This document shows, one piece after another, positions 12,505 through 26,202 of a DNA stretch of 64,000 nucleotides (position 1 is the stretch's first letter; each line of letters begins with the position of its first letter). Source of the DNA: Squalus acanthias. Its lineage: Eukaryota. Location of the stretch: positions 3,410,001 to 3,474,000 of the forward strand of contig CM059433.1 of the NCBI GenBank assembly GCA_030390025.1, given 5' to 3'. The notes beneath the pieces were generated by a model. The model was not told the origin of the DNA. It saw only the letters and a program-made list of their open reading frames with translations, and made no database searches. The position numbers and the translations under genes were made by a program.

Positions 12505-13022
12505 TTGAGGTCCTCCAAAACTCGGCTGCTCGTGTCCTAACTCGCACCAAGTCCCGTTCGCCCGTCCCCCCTGTGCTCGCTGACCTACATTGGCTCCCGG
12601 TTAAGCAGCGCCTCATTTTCAAAATTCTCATCCTTGTTTTCAAATCCCTCCATGGCCTCGCCCCTCCCTATCTCTGTAATTTCCTTCAGCCCCACAACCC
12701 CCTGAGATATCTGCGCTCCTCTAATTCTGCCCTCTTGAGCATCCCTGATTATAATTGCTCAACCATTGGTGGCCGTGCCTTCTGTTGCCTGGGCCCTAAG
12801 CTCTGGAATTCCCTCCCTAAACCTCTCCGCCTCACTACCTCTCTTTCCTCCTTTAAGACGCTCTTTAAAACCGACCTCTTTGACCAAGCTTTTGGTCACC
12901 TGCCCTAATTTCTCCTTATGTGGATCGGTGTCAAATTTTTTGTCTTAAAATACTCCTGTGCAGCACCTTGGGACGTTTTACTATGTTAAAGACGCTATAT
13001 AAATACAAGTTGTTGTTGTTGT
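12505..13022 (+). mobile_element. L2 LINE 3' end
   Basis: ORF 12573-12908 with LHWLPV...FKIL...LAPPYL...LRS...GGRAF...LWNSLP; tail tataaatacaag(ttg)n. Confidence 0.93.
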
Positions 13023-14359
13023 AAAATATGTAAAGTGAGTGCCACGATGAATTTTCTGAGATCACACAAGGCTCTGCCCATAAAAGTTTGGGATTTCTTG
13101 GGCTTTCACCAGCAAGACCTGCTGAGTTGGTCTTCTTAAAGGGAGAAGGTAAGCAAGAGTCCATAGTGGCTGCATTTCTGACAGCATCAGTGCCCTCAGG
13201 CTAGAGCCTGAGTATGTGTTTGTTCTCCCACATCCACCACCTCCACCTTCAAGTGAAATGTGTCTTATAACTCTGGCACAATGAAAGAGTGTGCACAACA
13301 GAGCAGTTGTTGTGTGCAGTGCTTGAAATGGTACCTCCCTGGGGGTTCGGGAGTTTTCATCTTCAGTTCATGGCATCCTTGATGGGCCACATAAGAAATG
13401 TATGCAACAGTGAGGAATAGCTGCAGTGTGTGTTTCCCAGTAAATACATCCTTTATATCCAGAATGTAGATCATAAACTGCTGCTGCTGCTAATTTTTCA
13501 ATCCATTTGGAAGAGGACATCACTGCTTTAGAATAAAACATGAAGGTAAATTCCCACTGTCGGGAAGGGAGCACAGGATCATTGAATTTGCCCTACTTCT
13601 CTGTCTTGACTACATTGCGAACTATCAAGTCAGGCGTGGAACGTCAAGATCCAAATCTGCTTTATTCAGCTCAAGAATCTGCCCTAAACAGCAAACTCGA
13701 AAGAACACCCCTTATTGTTACAGTCTGAATTTGTTTTCTTTTTCCAATTCATTCTGATTGAGCTTGGCATTCAATCACTGGGAAATTAAGAGCACCACCA
13801 ATCAGGTGAAGTAAGCTCTGCCACCAATTCTCCCCTTCGCAAAATTTAACCTAATCCCAAGTGTGTTGACTGACTTCACCACTCAGTCCATTGGTAAATT
13901 ATTCTTTCATTCTTCTAGCTTTCTGGGACATGCTTTAATGAACAGAATATTATGGAGGGCAGTATGTTTGCTGTTCCCTGATATGCATGGCTGGCCGGTG
14001 AGTCTCCCCAGTAACAGACTTGGAAACTTAGCTCTGTTCTACCATCCCCAGCCTGTGCAATGTCGGACTACCAAAGATGTAGTAAGTTGAAACAAATTTC
14101 TCTTTGTGTCCAGGTTCAACACATTGCATGAGTATCGATATATATTTGTATCTGCATTTTGCCCCATATTTGGGAATCTGATAGATTAAGATGGTCTGAT
14201 TTTCAATTCAATCCTGATTAGCTTCTATTATAATGGTGAGTATCCTCAATCAGTGCCGTAAATCACAAACATGAATAATAGCAGTTCATTATACTTTATT
14301 CATATAATCACGATAGCCTCGATAATTTATACCACAACTCATTTCACTTTACAAACTGG

Positions 14360-14485
14360 AGAGATGAGAAGAGGAGGCCATTCGGCCCCTCGAGCCTGTT
14401 CCGCCATCCAATGAGATCATGGCTGATCGTCACCTCAACTCCATTTACCCGCCTGTGCTCCATGTCACTTGATACCATTGATACC
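14360..14485 (-). mobile_element. CR1 3' UTR fragment
   Basis: ggccattcggcccctcgagcctgttccgccat...gatcatggctgatc. Confidence 0.85.
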
Positions 14486-15129
14486 CAAGCAACCTCACGC
14501 TGCTGTTAGTAACAAATGCATTAACACATTGATATTGTCTGCTAATTTAATAAAGGAATTGATCTGTTTAAAATGAACAGCTTAATGCCTTTGTTAAGAA
14601 TGGATCGAGAAATGTTGCCATTAATATGATACAGCACAATGTCAGCCCATCAACTTGTTCTCTCAGATTTTCTCTCTGGTTCTAAATCTGCTTCTCTCCC
14701 AACCACACTCTGACAATTTATTTTATACGACAGATAATTGACTGTGTTGCCACAGTTACTAGAATCTAAAATGAACTGCTTTGATTACTTGCTTCTTTAT
14801 AACAACAGGAAGATAAGGTGTGATTTTCCGCTACTGGTGCAATTTAGGCTTTTTTGGTCCCCAATTTTCCAAAGTCAGGTCATCTGAATGATTACTCAGA
14901 GTTGCCTTTGTAGCTTTGGCCTTGTGCCGAGAGCCAGCTTAATGGGGACTGTAGAATATCGAGTCATTAAATCAAATTTAAAGGGATGTGCACACTAAAA
15001 GGTAAGTGATGACATATGGAGACAAATTGGGGGTGAAATTAATGTCAGGAGTCAAGAAATCAGGCGGAGTATAAAACAGAGCTCAAGTTCTGAAAGCCAG
15101 GAAGTTAGTTTGCAAGTGCATTTGTAGGT

Positions 15130-15247
15130 GATCTCTAGATGCCTTGAGAAGATGGTGGTGGGTCTTCTCGAACCGCTGCATTTTTGTCTTTGAAGCAGGT
15201 TGATACAACTGATTGGCTTGCTCAGCCAATTAAGAGTCAAACACATT
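15130..15247 (-). mobile_element. SINE 3' part (family of 32610-32978), split by a DNA-transposon insertion
   Basis: ccttgagaagatggtggtg...taagagtcaaacacatt; continues at 17352. Confidence 0.7.
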
Positions 15248-17351
15248 GGGCTGAATTTTCTGGGGTGGAGGCGGGTGCGATCAGTGGCGGGTCGGGTGGG
15301 AAAGTTGTTATTTTTGACAGTGGGTCGGGAACCCGCTGTCATCTCGCTCCCACACGCCTTTCCCCCCGGCGCGTCTGTCACCACGGAGCCGACCCGACCG
15401 GCAGCAGCGGGCGATCCAATTGAGATCATTATCAGGTAGTTTACAGGCACTTAAGAGCCTTTTTTCACTTCATTTTTAAATTTCCCTGCATGGCCACGGG
15501 ATTCACACAACTCGGGAACCACGTCTGTCAACCTGAGGCGTGAGTTCAGTGGCCATTGCTCCAGCTGATTACTTGACAGCATGGAAAACAAACCAAAATA
15601 AAAACATGTTGATTACATCAGCTAACAGATTGATGGAGATTCTGTTCTACTTGAAAAGCTACTGGTAAATGTTAATTTTTCACTGGCCATTCTCGGCTGT
15701 TGCCTTCCAACTGAACAGTAATTGCAGTGAATTGATCTGCACTATAAAAAATGACATATACCATTTCAATAAATGTTTGTGCTGTTTCTGGTCAGGTTTT
15801 TCTCACAGTGTACTGTGATTGTCCAGTTACACATTAAATCAAGTCATCAACCGTAACAATTTCATTCTCATCACTCATTCCACTGGTTCAATTTGCTTTC
15901 AGTCCCTGAATACGACTAATTTAATTTTTCAGTCTGAGACTTTAGGGTAAATTTCTGCAGAGGTTCTCTCACTTGTCCATTGTTAACTTCAACGGAAGAA
16001 CTGCAGAAATCCCAGAAACACATTGTAAGCACCACTTACACTGTTTGTCAGGGATTCCGCAGCTCATCCACCGAACTTGCATAAGATTGTAAATCCACCC
16101 TTTTACAATTACATTTAAAATCTGCTTAATTTTATATATTACCTATACATACACATCTTTTATTTCTACCAGTTACTGATGCAAAAGTCTGTGGGGGAAA
16201 AAAATGAGTCGCGCCCCCTTTGGGGTGCTAACTTCGCTGGGGCACTACTTTTAGCGCCCCGAAAAAATTAGCACCCCCGTGGCTGAAATTCATCGGTAGC
16301 ACCCCAAGAGGGAGGCGTGGTGCTACTGGAAGTGACCCGCCTCCCTCTTGGGGCCCTGCGAGTGAATATCGCGGCGCTACATGCCGCAGCACCACGCGCT
16401 GCAGCACGTTGCGCCGCGGTACTTCAGGCCTTCCTCCCCTTCTTAAAGGGGGAGCCTTGCGCAGCGTGACCCGGGGCCCAGCTGGGCCACCAGGGATCGG
16501 AGTGCAGGCAAAAGAGCTCGGCACTCAAGAGAAGTGCCGGGCTCACGGAGCGCAGCCAGCACTCCGCGGGGGGGCTGCACAGAAGGCCGGGGACGGCAGA
16601 GGGGCAGGTGCTGGCAAGTGGCCAGCAACAAAAATGGCCGCCCGGCACCTTCCCTTTAATTAGCGCCGCCCCGGCCGCAGGTAGGCCCCCCTGACCCTGT
16701 CGGACATAATGTCTGGCGGTAAGTCAGCGGGCGCTACCGAAGATCGCGGCCGGGGCACGAGTGGGGCGCTGCACACGGCGATGACCTCATTGCTGGCGGC
16801 GCATCACCGCGGGGCGCTAACGGTTACCGTCGCCACTAAACTCCCGCTGAATTTTGCGGGAGGCGTTGGCGGCACTGCCCCCTCTTAGGGCGCTAACAGG
16901 AGGCGCAAAGCAACTGAATTTTTAGGCCTATAGATTTGTGACTAAAGCACCAATAACTTCACAATTAATGTACTTCTTTAATTATGTTCTTGATCGTATT
17001 TGTAGATGGCGTCATATTACTTCATGATAATATTATTTAAATATTTCTTTGTCACTTATATATAACTTTTATTATATTATTGTAGAGTAAAGTTTCAACA
17101 CCCACTATGTTAGATTAAACTTAAAATTTTATGTGGCCAGGGTCCCTTTAAGGATCCCAGTTGAAAACGCATCATGAATGACATCACCAGACCCGCTCCA
17201 TCTCATTGGGCCGGGTATTGCGCTGGGCAAGCTTAATAGGCCCCATTAAAGTAAGTTCATTTTCTACAGAGGGATGGAGGCAGCCGTGGGGCCACAACCC
17301 GCCACGGACACCAGCCACACCGGACCTGCCCAGGTGGGCAAAATTCCAGCC
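15248..17351. mobile_element. 2.1-kb non-autonomous Harbinger-type element containing a nested MITE
   Basis: gggctgaattttc ... gcaaaattccagcc termini; att(g) duplicated at both flanks; the flanks rejoin into a SINE. Confidence 0.75.
16193..16928 (+). mobile_element. GC-rich Harbinger-type MITE (family also at 20306-21024)
   Basis: gggggaaaaaaat ... gaatttttaggcc, flanks tgt/tat; interior is reverse-complement similar to 20306-21024. Confidence 0.82.
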
Positions 17352-17608
17352 ATTGGTGTGGGACTGGAGTCACATGTAGACCAGGTTTCCTTCCCTAAAT
17401 GGCATCCATGAACCAGTTGGGTTTTAACCACAATCTAACAGATTCATGTTCAATTTTACTGATAACTTTTTTATTTCAAGATATGTTTTAAATTGAATTG
17501 AAATTCTCAAGTTGTCATGGCAGGATTTGAACACATGGTCTACTGGATTATTAGGCAAGGATTCTGGATTGCCAGTCTAGTAATGAAACCATTATACTAC
17601 CATACCAC
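17352..17608 (-). mobile_element. SINE 5' part (tRNA-like head and body)
   Basis: gtgtgggactggagtcacatg...ttccttccctaaa...ggatttgaac (B-box on the minus strand). Confidence 0.75.
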
Positions 17609-17849
17609 CTTGGTATAAAGGTGCACATTTATGACATTTCTTTTAGGGTACAAACATCAGAAATTAACATACTTTTCAGAATTTAATGAGGCTTGCACCT
17701 CCTGAGCTGCCAGTGTTGCTCAGTCAGAAAATCTCAGGCAGAGAGCTCCTGGTGCATTTTCAGCACCCACATTTAGAACTTTCCGCATTGCCTCTTCACG
17801 CCCAGCGCACGCACGTGCCATCATTTGGACTCAAGGAGGAGGGTGATAT

Positions 17850-18010
17850 CTTCAGAATGAAGCATCGAAGGCCCCCAGACAAGCTGCTGACAAGAATGGC
17901 AGGAGGTGGCAAAACAGTGCCATGAAAGCCATGAACATTATGCAGTGTATCTGGAGATAATGTTGGAAAAAAAGTTTAATGACTTAATTAGGTCATCCAA
18001 ATTAAAACAA
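17850..18010 (+). pseudogene. Highly decayed Harbinger Myb/SANT exon remnant
   Basis: tgttggaaaaaaagtttaatgacttaattaggtca reads as about C.KKFNDLIRS, matching CHKKFNDLTR of the Myb exon at 51136-51381. Confidence 0.45.
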
Positions 18011-18294
18011 CAGACTCCCAGTTTCTTAATTAAATGTACTAAGCAGCTATGACACGGACAATTACCTCCCTTCACGCTGTCTTAAATTACCGTGAAAGCT
18101 CAGTAAGTGCAGGGTGCATGCAGCATCATCACTCTTCCTTCACTCACATCCTTACATGCATTCAGTCCATAGTTATCATCCTATCTAAAGTAGCTGCATG
18201 ATACATATCCATGTCATCACATCCACTGTGGGCTGCATGCTCATACTTGGGTATCACTGTATATCAACAAGGCAATTGCAGCCACTCACTTTTT

Positions 18295-18600
18295 CAATAG
18301 AATTACATAGAAATTACAATGTGGAAACAAGCCATTTGCTGCAACCAGTCTTTGTTGGTGTTTATGCTCCACACTAGCAGTAGTTTTAATCTCAAATGCC
18401 CACCCTGTTCCCATATCACTTTATTCGCCTCTCCATCAACCGCCTTTCTAACCTATTCTTAAATGTTGACATGGTCTCTGCTTCTCTCACTAACTCTGGT
18501 AGGGCATTCCACAGCCTCACAACCCTCTGTGTAAGAGCATTTCTCCTGCTCTCTGTTCTAAATCTCTTGCATTTACTCTTATATCTATGGTCCCTTATTC
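18295..18600 (-). mobile_element. Old CR1 3' fragment
   Basis: gcattccacagcctcacaaccctctgtgtaag = reverse complement of TQRVVRLWNA. Confidence 0.75.
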
Positions 18601-19109
18601 TGCTTAAAAAATGGTTTCAGGTGTAAAAATTGTCACTCTGTATATGCAGATTCGTGACCGGTATTCCACCAAAAGTCTCCCCTCCATCACTATGCCCAGG
18701 AGTCTTCGTTGTTTCGGAAGGAATAAATACGCAATGTCAAGCCAGCCGACAACGGGTCGACATCTGAGTCTTGGTGGTTGGAGTTTGATGGAAGATATAA
18801 ATCTGTCTCTGCTTAAAATCCCTGGTGATTTAGTAATCTCTCTCCTTACACATCAACCAGCATCCGTAATTTGCATTTGAAATCCAAAGTTTTGGACTCT
18901 GAATGTGAAGTCCAACTATATCCAAATGCTCATCCATATTGTTTATGCCAAGTTGTTCCAAATCATGATTGCAGAAAGAAGCTGTTAGATACGCACAGGA
19001 TATAATCAGCCTGGGAACTGTGTTATTGTATGAACACTTCACACATTCGCATTAAATTCCATGTAAAATAAACTGATCAATGACATAATTACTATAGCTG
19101 AGAGAGATA

Positions 19110-19410
19110 TTTGACAAAGATCACAAAGAGAAGCACAGATAAGGGAGCTCGTTCGGCCCATCCCAACACAGCTTTCCACAGAAACCAATGGTCCCATTAT
19201 CACAGCAACCAACTGCCTCTCGATTGATTCCACAGTTTCTGCCTCCACTACCCTACTTGTGAGTTCATTCCAGGAATTTACCATTCCTTGTGTGAAGGTG
19301 TGCTTCCTGGCATGTTACTAGTTTGTGGCTATGTCCCTTTGTTTTATAGTCATAGTTTAACCTGAAATAGTGTTGCAAATTTCTCTTCCACTTAGTAACT
19401 TATATAGCTC
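19110..19410 (-). mobile_element. Old CR1 3' fragment
   Basis: ORF 19039-19284 MVNSWNELTSRVVEAETVES. Confidence 0.7.
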
Positions 19411-19434
19411 AGTAAAAGTCCCCCCTCATTCACA

Positions 19435-20290
19435 GATACATAGATACATAGAAGATAGGAGCAGGAGTAGGCCATCCGGCCCTTCGAGCCTGCTCCGCCA
19501 TTTAATGAGATCATGGCTGATCCTCCAATTCAGTATCCCGTCCCCGCCTTCTCTCCGTAACCCTTAACCCCTTTTGCCTGTAGAAATATATCTAATTCCC
19601 TCTTAAATATATTTAATGAGCTGACGTACACTGCCCTCTGTAGCAATGAGTTCCACAGGTTCACCACCCTCTGAGTGAAGAAATTCCCCCTCATTTCTGT
19701 CCTAAATGGTTTAGCCCTTATCCTTAAATTATGTCCTCTAGTTCTGTTCTCACCCGCCAAGGGAAACATTCCTTCTGCATCTAGTCTGTCTAGACCTGTC
19801 AGAATTTTATACACTTCTATGAGGTCCCCTCTCAATCTTCTAAACTCCAGTGTGTACATCCCTAAACTACATAGTCTCTCCTCATAGGTCAATCCCGCCA
19901 TTCCTGGTATCAGCCTGGTGAATCGCCGCTGCACCCCCTCCATGGCAAGAACATCTTTCCTCAGATGAGGCGACCAAAACTGTACACAGTACTCGAGGTG
20001 TGGTCTCACCAGTGCCCTGTACAGCTGCAGCAAGGTATCCCTGTTCCTGTATTCCAACCCTTTTGCTATGAAGGCCAGCATACCGTTTGCCTTCTTGACC
20101 GCCTGTTGCACCTGCATGCTCGCCTTCAGTGACTGGTGTACAAGAACACCCAGGTCTCTCTGTACTTCCCCCTCTCCCAATTTATTGCCATTTAAATAAT
20201 AATTTGCCCTCCCGTTCCTGCACCCAAGGTGGATAACTTCGCACTTGTCCACATTATAGTGCATCTGCCATTTATCCGCCCAATCACCCA
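19435..20290 (-). mobile_element. CR1 5'-truncated copy with an open 244-aa ORF2 C-terminus
   Basis: ORF 19530-20264 (KCEVIH, RDLGV, RPHLEYC, RGDLIE) plus 3' UTR. Confidence 0.96.
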
Positions 20291-20305
20291 GGCTTAAGAG
20301 TCCAA

Positions 20306-21024
20306 GAGGGAAAAATTGGGTTGCTTTACGCCTCCCGTTAGCACAAAGCCCCTAACGCCCGGGAGCTGCACCACTAACGCCTCACGCAAAATTTAGCGGG
20401 AGGTTAGCGGCGGCGGTAGCCAGTAGCGCACCACAGCGCTGCGCCTCCGCCGATGACGTCATCACCGTGCGCAGCGCCCCGCTCGCGCCCCGGCCGCAAA
20501 CTTCAGTTGCGCCCCCTGACCTATTGCCGGACGATATGTCCGACAGGGTCCGGGCGGTGTGTTTGCAGCCGCGGCGGTGCAAATTAAAGAGCAAGTGCCG
20601 GGCTGCCATTTTCTTTTGGGCCGCCTGCCAGCACCCGCCCCCTTGCGCTTCCTCATGTGGGGTGCTGGCCGCAATCGGTCAGCCCGGCACTCCACTTGAG
20701 TGCCGGGTTGTTTTCCCGGCACCCCGCTCCCCGGTGGTCCGGCAGGGTCCCGGTGTGCGCTGCACAAGGCCCCTTCCCTTTAATCAGGAGAGGGAGGCCT
20801 GTAGTACCGCGGTGCTACGTGCCGACGCACGTGGCGCTGTTGCACGTAGCGCCGCGATATTCAATGGGAGCGCCCCAAGAGGGAGGGGGAGCGTTTCCAG
20901 TAGCATCCCGCCTCCTGCTTGGGGCGCTACCACTCAATATATGGCACAGGGGTGCTAACTTTTTTGGGGTAGCGCCCCGGCGAAGTTAGCGCCCCAAAGG
21001 GGGCGCGAAGAATTTTTTTCCCCC
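20306..21024 (-). mobile_element. GC-rich Harbinger-type MITE
   Basis: gagggaaaaatt ... aatttttttccccc, with (c)aag at both flanks; homologous to 16193-16928. Confidence 0.85.
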
Positions 21025-23065
21025 AAGTTTCTTTAACTTTTCCTCATAACTCAGAATCTGGTACTACAAAGATCATCTTTGTGGATTGTCTTTGCATTGT
21101 ATCCAGGATTTGGATGTATCTCTTGTGCTTTGGTGACTAAAACAGAGCAGGTTATTCAAGGTGCAGCCCAACCAGATCATTACACAGCTTCAGCACAACA
21201 GCCTCAGACTCACTTGACAATCTCGCTCAGCAGCCTGTCCGCTTTATTAATCATTCATACGTTAGCATTGTGCACAGTAATTTCCAGGCAATATAACACA
21301 AGTTCTGCAGTATTCTAATAATGTTTGCTACAAGACACTGCCATCTACTGATTATTATAAGAATTTTAAACCACAAAGCACAGTTGTATAATGTGCTGTA
21401 ATGTTTTTAGGATAGTTGAATGCTTGTTTACTGACTTCTGACTAAACAAGGGATGCTGACTGGGAATGGCACTCACAGTGCTATGATATGGTATAGTTAA
21501 TGATTGATGTCAGGTTGTTCCCAAAATACCTTCAGGTGATTTATTTGAACTTATGTGGAGCAGTAAAGTCTCCATAATGTTCATGAAAAAAATATCAGAT
21601 GAGGCTTGAAACTAATCCCCATAGGAATGTGGAGGCTGAACGAGGTGTTGCAATCTATTTGTGTCACATCGAAGGTTAAGAATTGCAAGCATCTGCCAAT
21701 CTGTTCTGATAGGAAACAGTAACAGTCCAGAAAATCCCACTCAACCTCTTCTGATCTAAAATAGGGATTTTTTTCAACAACTATTCACAAGTTAGCAGAA
21801 GACACGTTACACTATAGTGCCACTGTTATACAGTCTCTGATTGCATCAACAGTGGACCAGTTCATACATCGAAGCCAGCCATCATTTATTATGGCATTAT
21901 GCTGGAACAAGCTATAAATTGTGTTCTCCTGGTTTCTGAATGTGTCAATATTTTTTGAGTACCATTTTCTGACAGTATCTTAGTATGTGAGATGAATTGG
22001 TAAAGTTGTTTGCATTTCACCTATTTGAGGAGTATTTATTTGGAGAAACGATTGTGATTTATGGTTTAAGTTGTCTTTTGGTTATCAATATCCATCAGTT
22101 ACTGTTACCTCCCGATAAATCAAAACAAGATGCGACAAGCAACTCAGTCTTTGTAGATCTATCTAGAGCTGCATTGTGATTTGGTTCAATGTGGTCTCAA
22201 TGTTAAATCTTTAAAAAATGCTAAGATGTGGTCCATAACTGTCCTTTTGGTACATTGCAATTCAGCACAACTCTAGACCTTCATTCCAGGGTTCAAACCT
22301 GAACCTGTGAACTACAAATTAATACCAAATCCTCCTGCTCCTTCCAAAGAATGACACTTTTTAAAACACAGGCAGAGAAAACAGATATTAGTGTTGCTAG
22401 AGTGATGTGTTGTTTAGCTAGTGACTATCTGATAAGCAGTTTTCCTTGCAGAAACTTACTGCTTAGCCCAGCATTGATTCACGGGTTATGGAACCACAAC
22501 ATTAATGATATTCCTTACATCAGATATCTACTGCACGAGGAGTGGAAGATTTCCCTATGACAGTAAGATCGTTGCTGTAAGGTATTCTCTGCTGGCTATG
22601 TGGATTTAATCAACAGAACTGAAGACATTGGGGAAGTCAGCACTCGCAAGGAATGTCTCTTTTGGCTTTTGTGCCACCAATACAAGCATTTCAGGAAGCA
22701 GATACAGTGAGATGTCTTCCTGGGCAGAGCAAGGGCAATTGAGAAATGACAGGACATTAATGGGCTGATCCTCATCTGAAAATTGTCGGTAACCTCGAAG
22801 GAGAGTACTTTTGGTGGCTGTGTGTAAGCGATTTGTAACCTCACACAATTATTGACGTATGTGAACCCTGAGGGGTGGCTCTCTCTCTAGAATATAAGCA
22901 TGACTGGACCAGCAAGAATCGTCTGAAATTGGCAAAACAAATGTTCATATGTGCACACAGCAACTATTTACAATGGAAACTCCATTGTAAACATCATAGG
23001 TGGGACCCCCGTCCCCCCAGTAAGTAATAGAGAATAGTGGATAATGGAGAGGCACAAAACTTTCC

Positions 23066-23775
23066 AATAGGAACAGGAGTAGGCCAATTGGCCCTTCGAG
23101 CCTGTTCAATCATTCCATTAGATCATGGCTGACCTGCATCTTAACTCCATCTACCCGCCTCAGTTCCGTATCCTTTAATACCCTTGCCTAACAAAAATCT
23201 ATCAATCTCAATTTTGAAATTATCAATTGCCCTTTTGGGGGGAGAGAGTTCCAGATTTCCACTCCCCTTTGTGTGAAGAAGTGCTTCCTGACATCACCCC
23301 TGAACGGCCTGGCTCTGATTTTAAGGTGATGCCCCCTTGTTCTGGACTCCCCCCACCAGAGGAAATGGTTTCTCTCTCTCTACCCTATCAAATCCTTTAA
23401 TCATCTTAAACACCTCAATTAGATCAGCTTAATCTTCTATACTCAAGGGAATACAAGACTTGTCTGTGCAACCAGTCCTCATCATTTTTACCCTTTTAAC
23501 CCCGGTATCATTCTGGTGAATCTGGGCTGCACTCCCTCCAAGGCAAATATATCCTTCCTGAGGTGTGGGGCCCAGAACTGAACACAGTGCTCAGGATGGG
23601 GTCTAACCAGGGCTTTATATAACCGGAACATAACTTCCACCCCTTTGTATTCCAGCCCTCTTGAGATAAAGGACAACATTCCATTAGCCTTTTTAATAAT
23701 GTTTTGTACTTGCCCACTAGTTTTTAGTGATTTCTGTACTTGGCCCCCTCAATCCTTCTGCTCCTTTACACTTCA
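23066..23775 (-). mobile_element. CR1 3' portion (host of a nested CR1)
   Basis: ORF 23488-23679 RPHPEHCVQFW plus 3' UTR; continues at 25576. Confidence 0.9.
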
Positions 23776-25575
23776 GAAGAACATAAGAACATAAGAAATA
23801 GGAGCAGGAATAGGCCACTCGGCCCCTCGAGCCTGCTCCGTCATTCAATAAGATCATGGCTGATCTTGGGCTCAAAGCCACTTCCCTGCCCGCTCCCCAT
23901 AACCCTTCACTCCCTTATCTTGCAAAAATCTGTCTATCTCCATCTTAAATGTATTTAATGACCCAGCCTCCACGGCTCTCTGGGGCAGAGAATTCCACAG
24001 ATTTACGACCCTCTGAGAGAAGAAATTCCTCCTCATCTCAGTTCTAAAAGGGCGACCCTTTATTCTGAAACTATGCCCCCGAGTTCTAGATTTCCCCACA
24101 AGGGGAAACATCCTCTCTGCACCTACCTTGTCGAGCCCCCTCAGTATCTTATATGTTTCAATAAGATCACCTCTCATTCTTCTAAATTCCAATGAATATA
24201 GGCCCAACCTGCTCAACCTTTCTTCATAAGTCAACCCCCTAATCTCAGGAATTAACCTAGTGAATCATCTCTGAACTGCCTCCAATGCAAGTATATCCTT
24301 CCTTAAATAAGGAGACCAAAACTGTATGCAGTACTCAAGGTGTGGTCTCACCAGTACCTTGTACAGTTGTAGCAAGACTTCCCTACTTTTATACTCCAAC
24401 CCCCTTGCAATAAAGGCCAACATTCCATTTGCCTTTTTGATTACTTGCCGTACCTGCATGCTAACTTTTTGTGTTTCATGCACAAGGACCCCCAGGTCCC
24501 TCTGAACTGTAGCATTTTGTAATCTCTCTCCATTTAAATAATTTGCTTTTTTATTTTTCCTGCCAAAGTGGATAACCTCACACTTTCCCACATTATACTC
24601 CATCTGCCAAATGTTTGCTCACTTACTTAGCCTGTCTATATCCCTTTGCAGATTCTTTGAGTCCTCTGCACAACTTGCTTTCCCACCCATCTTTGTATCA
24701 TCTGCAAACTTGGCTACATTACACTCGGTCCCTTCATCCAAGTTATTAATGTAGATTGTAAATAGTTGGGGCCCCAGCACTGATCCCTGCGGCACCCCAC
24801 TAGTTACCGTTTGCCAACTGGAAAATGATACATTTATCCCGACTCTCTGCTTTCTGTTAGTTAGCCAATTCTCTATCCATGCTAATATATTACCCCCAAC
24901 TCCATGAGCTCTTATCTTATGCAGTAACCTTTTATGTGGCACCTTATCGAATGCCTTCTGGAAATCCAAATACACCATATCCACTGGCTCACCTTTATCT
25001 ACCCTGCTCATTACATCCTCAAAGAACTCCAGCTAATTTGTTAAACATGATTTCCCTTTCATAAAACCATGCTGACTCTACTTGACTGCATTATGATTTT
25101 CCAAATGCCCTGCTACTGCTTCCTTAATGAAGCACTCCAGCATTTTCCCAACGACCGATGTTAGGCTAACTGGTCTATAATTTCCTACTTTCTGTCTCCC
25201 TCCTTTCTTAAATAGGGGTGTTACATTAGTGGTTTTCCAATCCGCTGTGACCTCTCCAGAGTCCAGGGAATTTTGGTATATTGCAATCAATGCATCCACT
25301 ATCTCTGCAGCCACTTCTTTTAAGAGCCTGGGATTTTGGCCATCTGGTCCAGAGGACTTGTCGTCTTTTAGTCAATTATTTTACCGAGTACTTTTTCCTT
25401 AGTGATAGTGATTGTCTTTAGTTCCCCCCTCCCTGTGGCCTCTTGATTATCCATTATTGGGATGTTGTTAGTGTCTTCTACCATGAAGACAGATACAAAA
25501 TATTTGTTCAGAGTCTCTGCCATTTCCCCGTTCCCCATTATTAATTCTCCATTCTCATCCTCTAAGGGACCAAGC
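23776..25575 (-). mobile_element. CR1 1.8-kb copy nested in another CR1
   Basis: RT fragments 25078-25314, 24619-25011, 24265-24603 and 23872-24234; tail agaacataagaacataagaa. Confidence 0.95.
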
Positions 25576-25925
25576 TTCCCGGCTTCTCGCCATTTAGAAA
25601 ATACTCTGATCTATCACCTTAGGCCCAAAGTGGGTGACCTCACACTTTCCCACATTGAACTCCATCTGCCACTGTTTTGTCCACTCACTTAATCTATCAA
25701 TGTCCCTTTGCAACTTTCTGCTCCCATCCACATTACTTACTGTGCCTCCTAACTTGGTGTCGTCGGCAAACTTGGATATATGGCTCTTCATCCAAGTCAT
25801 TTATAAATATAGTGACAAGCTGAGGCCCCAGTACAGATCCCTGGGGGACACCACTAGTCACAGCCTGCCAATTTGCGTACATACCTATTATCCCTACCCT
25901 GTCTCCTATCTGCTAACCAATTTCC
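25576..25925 (-). mobile_element. CR1 RT portion (upstream part of the 23066-23775 copy)
   Basis: ORF 25594-25800 [10 protein letters not shown]...WQMEFNVGKCEV. Confidence 0.88.
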
Positions 25926-26202
25926 TGCAGTAGGGATATATGACAATTTCTTTTATAAACCCAACACAAATATTATAAACACAATGAATATTTTTAGAGT
26001 TGTGAGGTTGCTTTCTGTCAGATAGAAGAGGATTGGTGTTCGGGCGCTGTGCAATAGAGCAACATCTTGCGTAATTATTTGTTCCTCAAAAATTCTGCCA
26101 GAAATTGGATGAATAGAATTAATACTTTGCACAAGAAATAGGCATGGTGGGCCAAATTACCTTTTTTATTCCATGCTCTCTCATATTCTTAAATGTATAT
26201 AG

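Noticed and set aside
16228..16663. CpG island or promoter of a host gene with overlapping ORFs
   Set aside because: Explained by a multi-copy GC-rich MITE.
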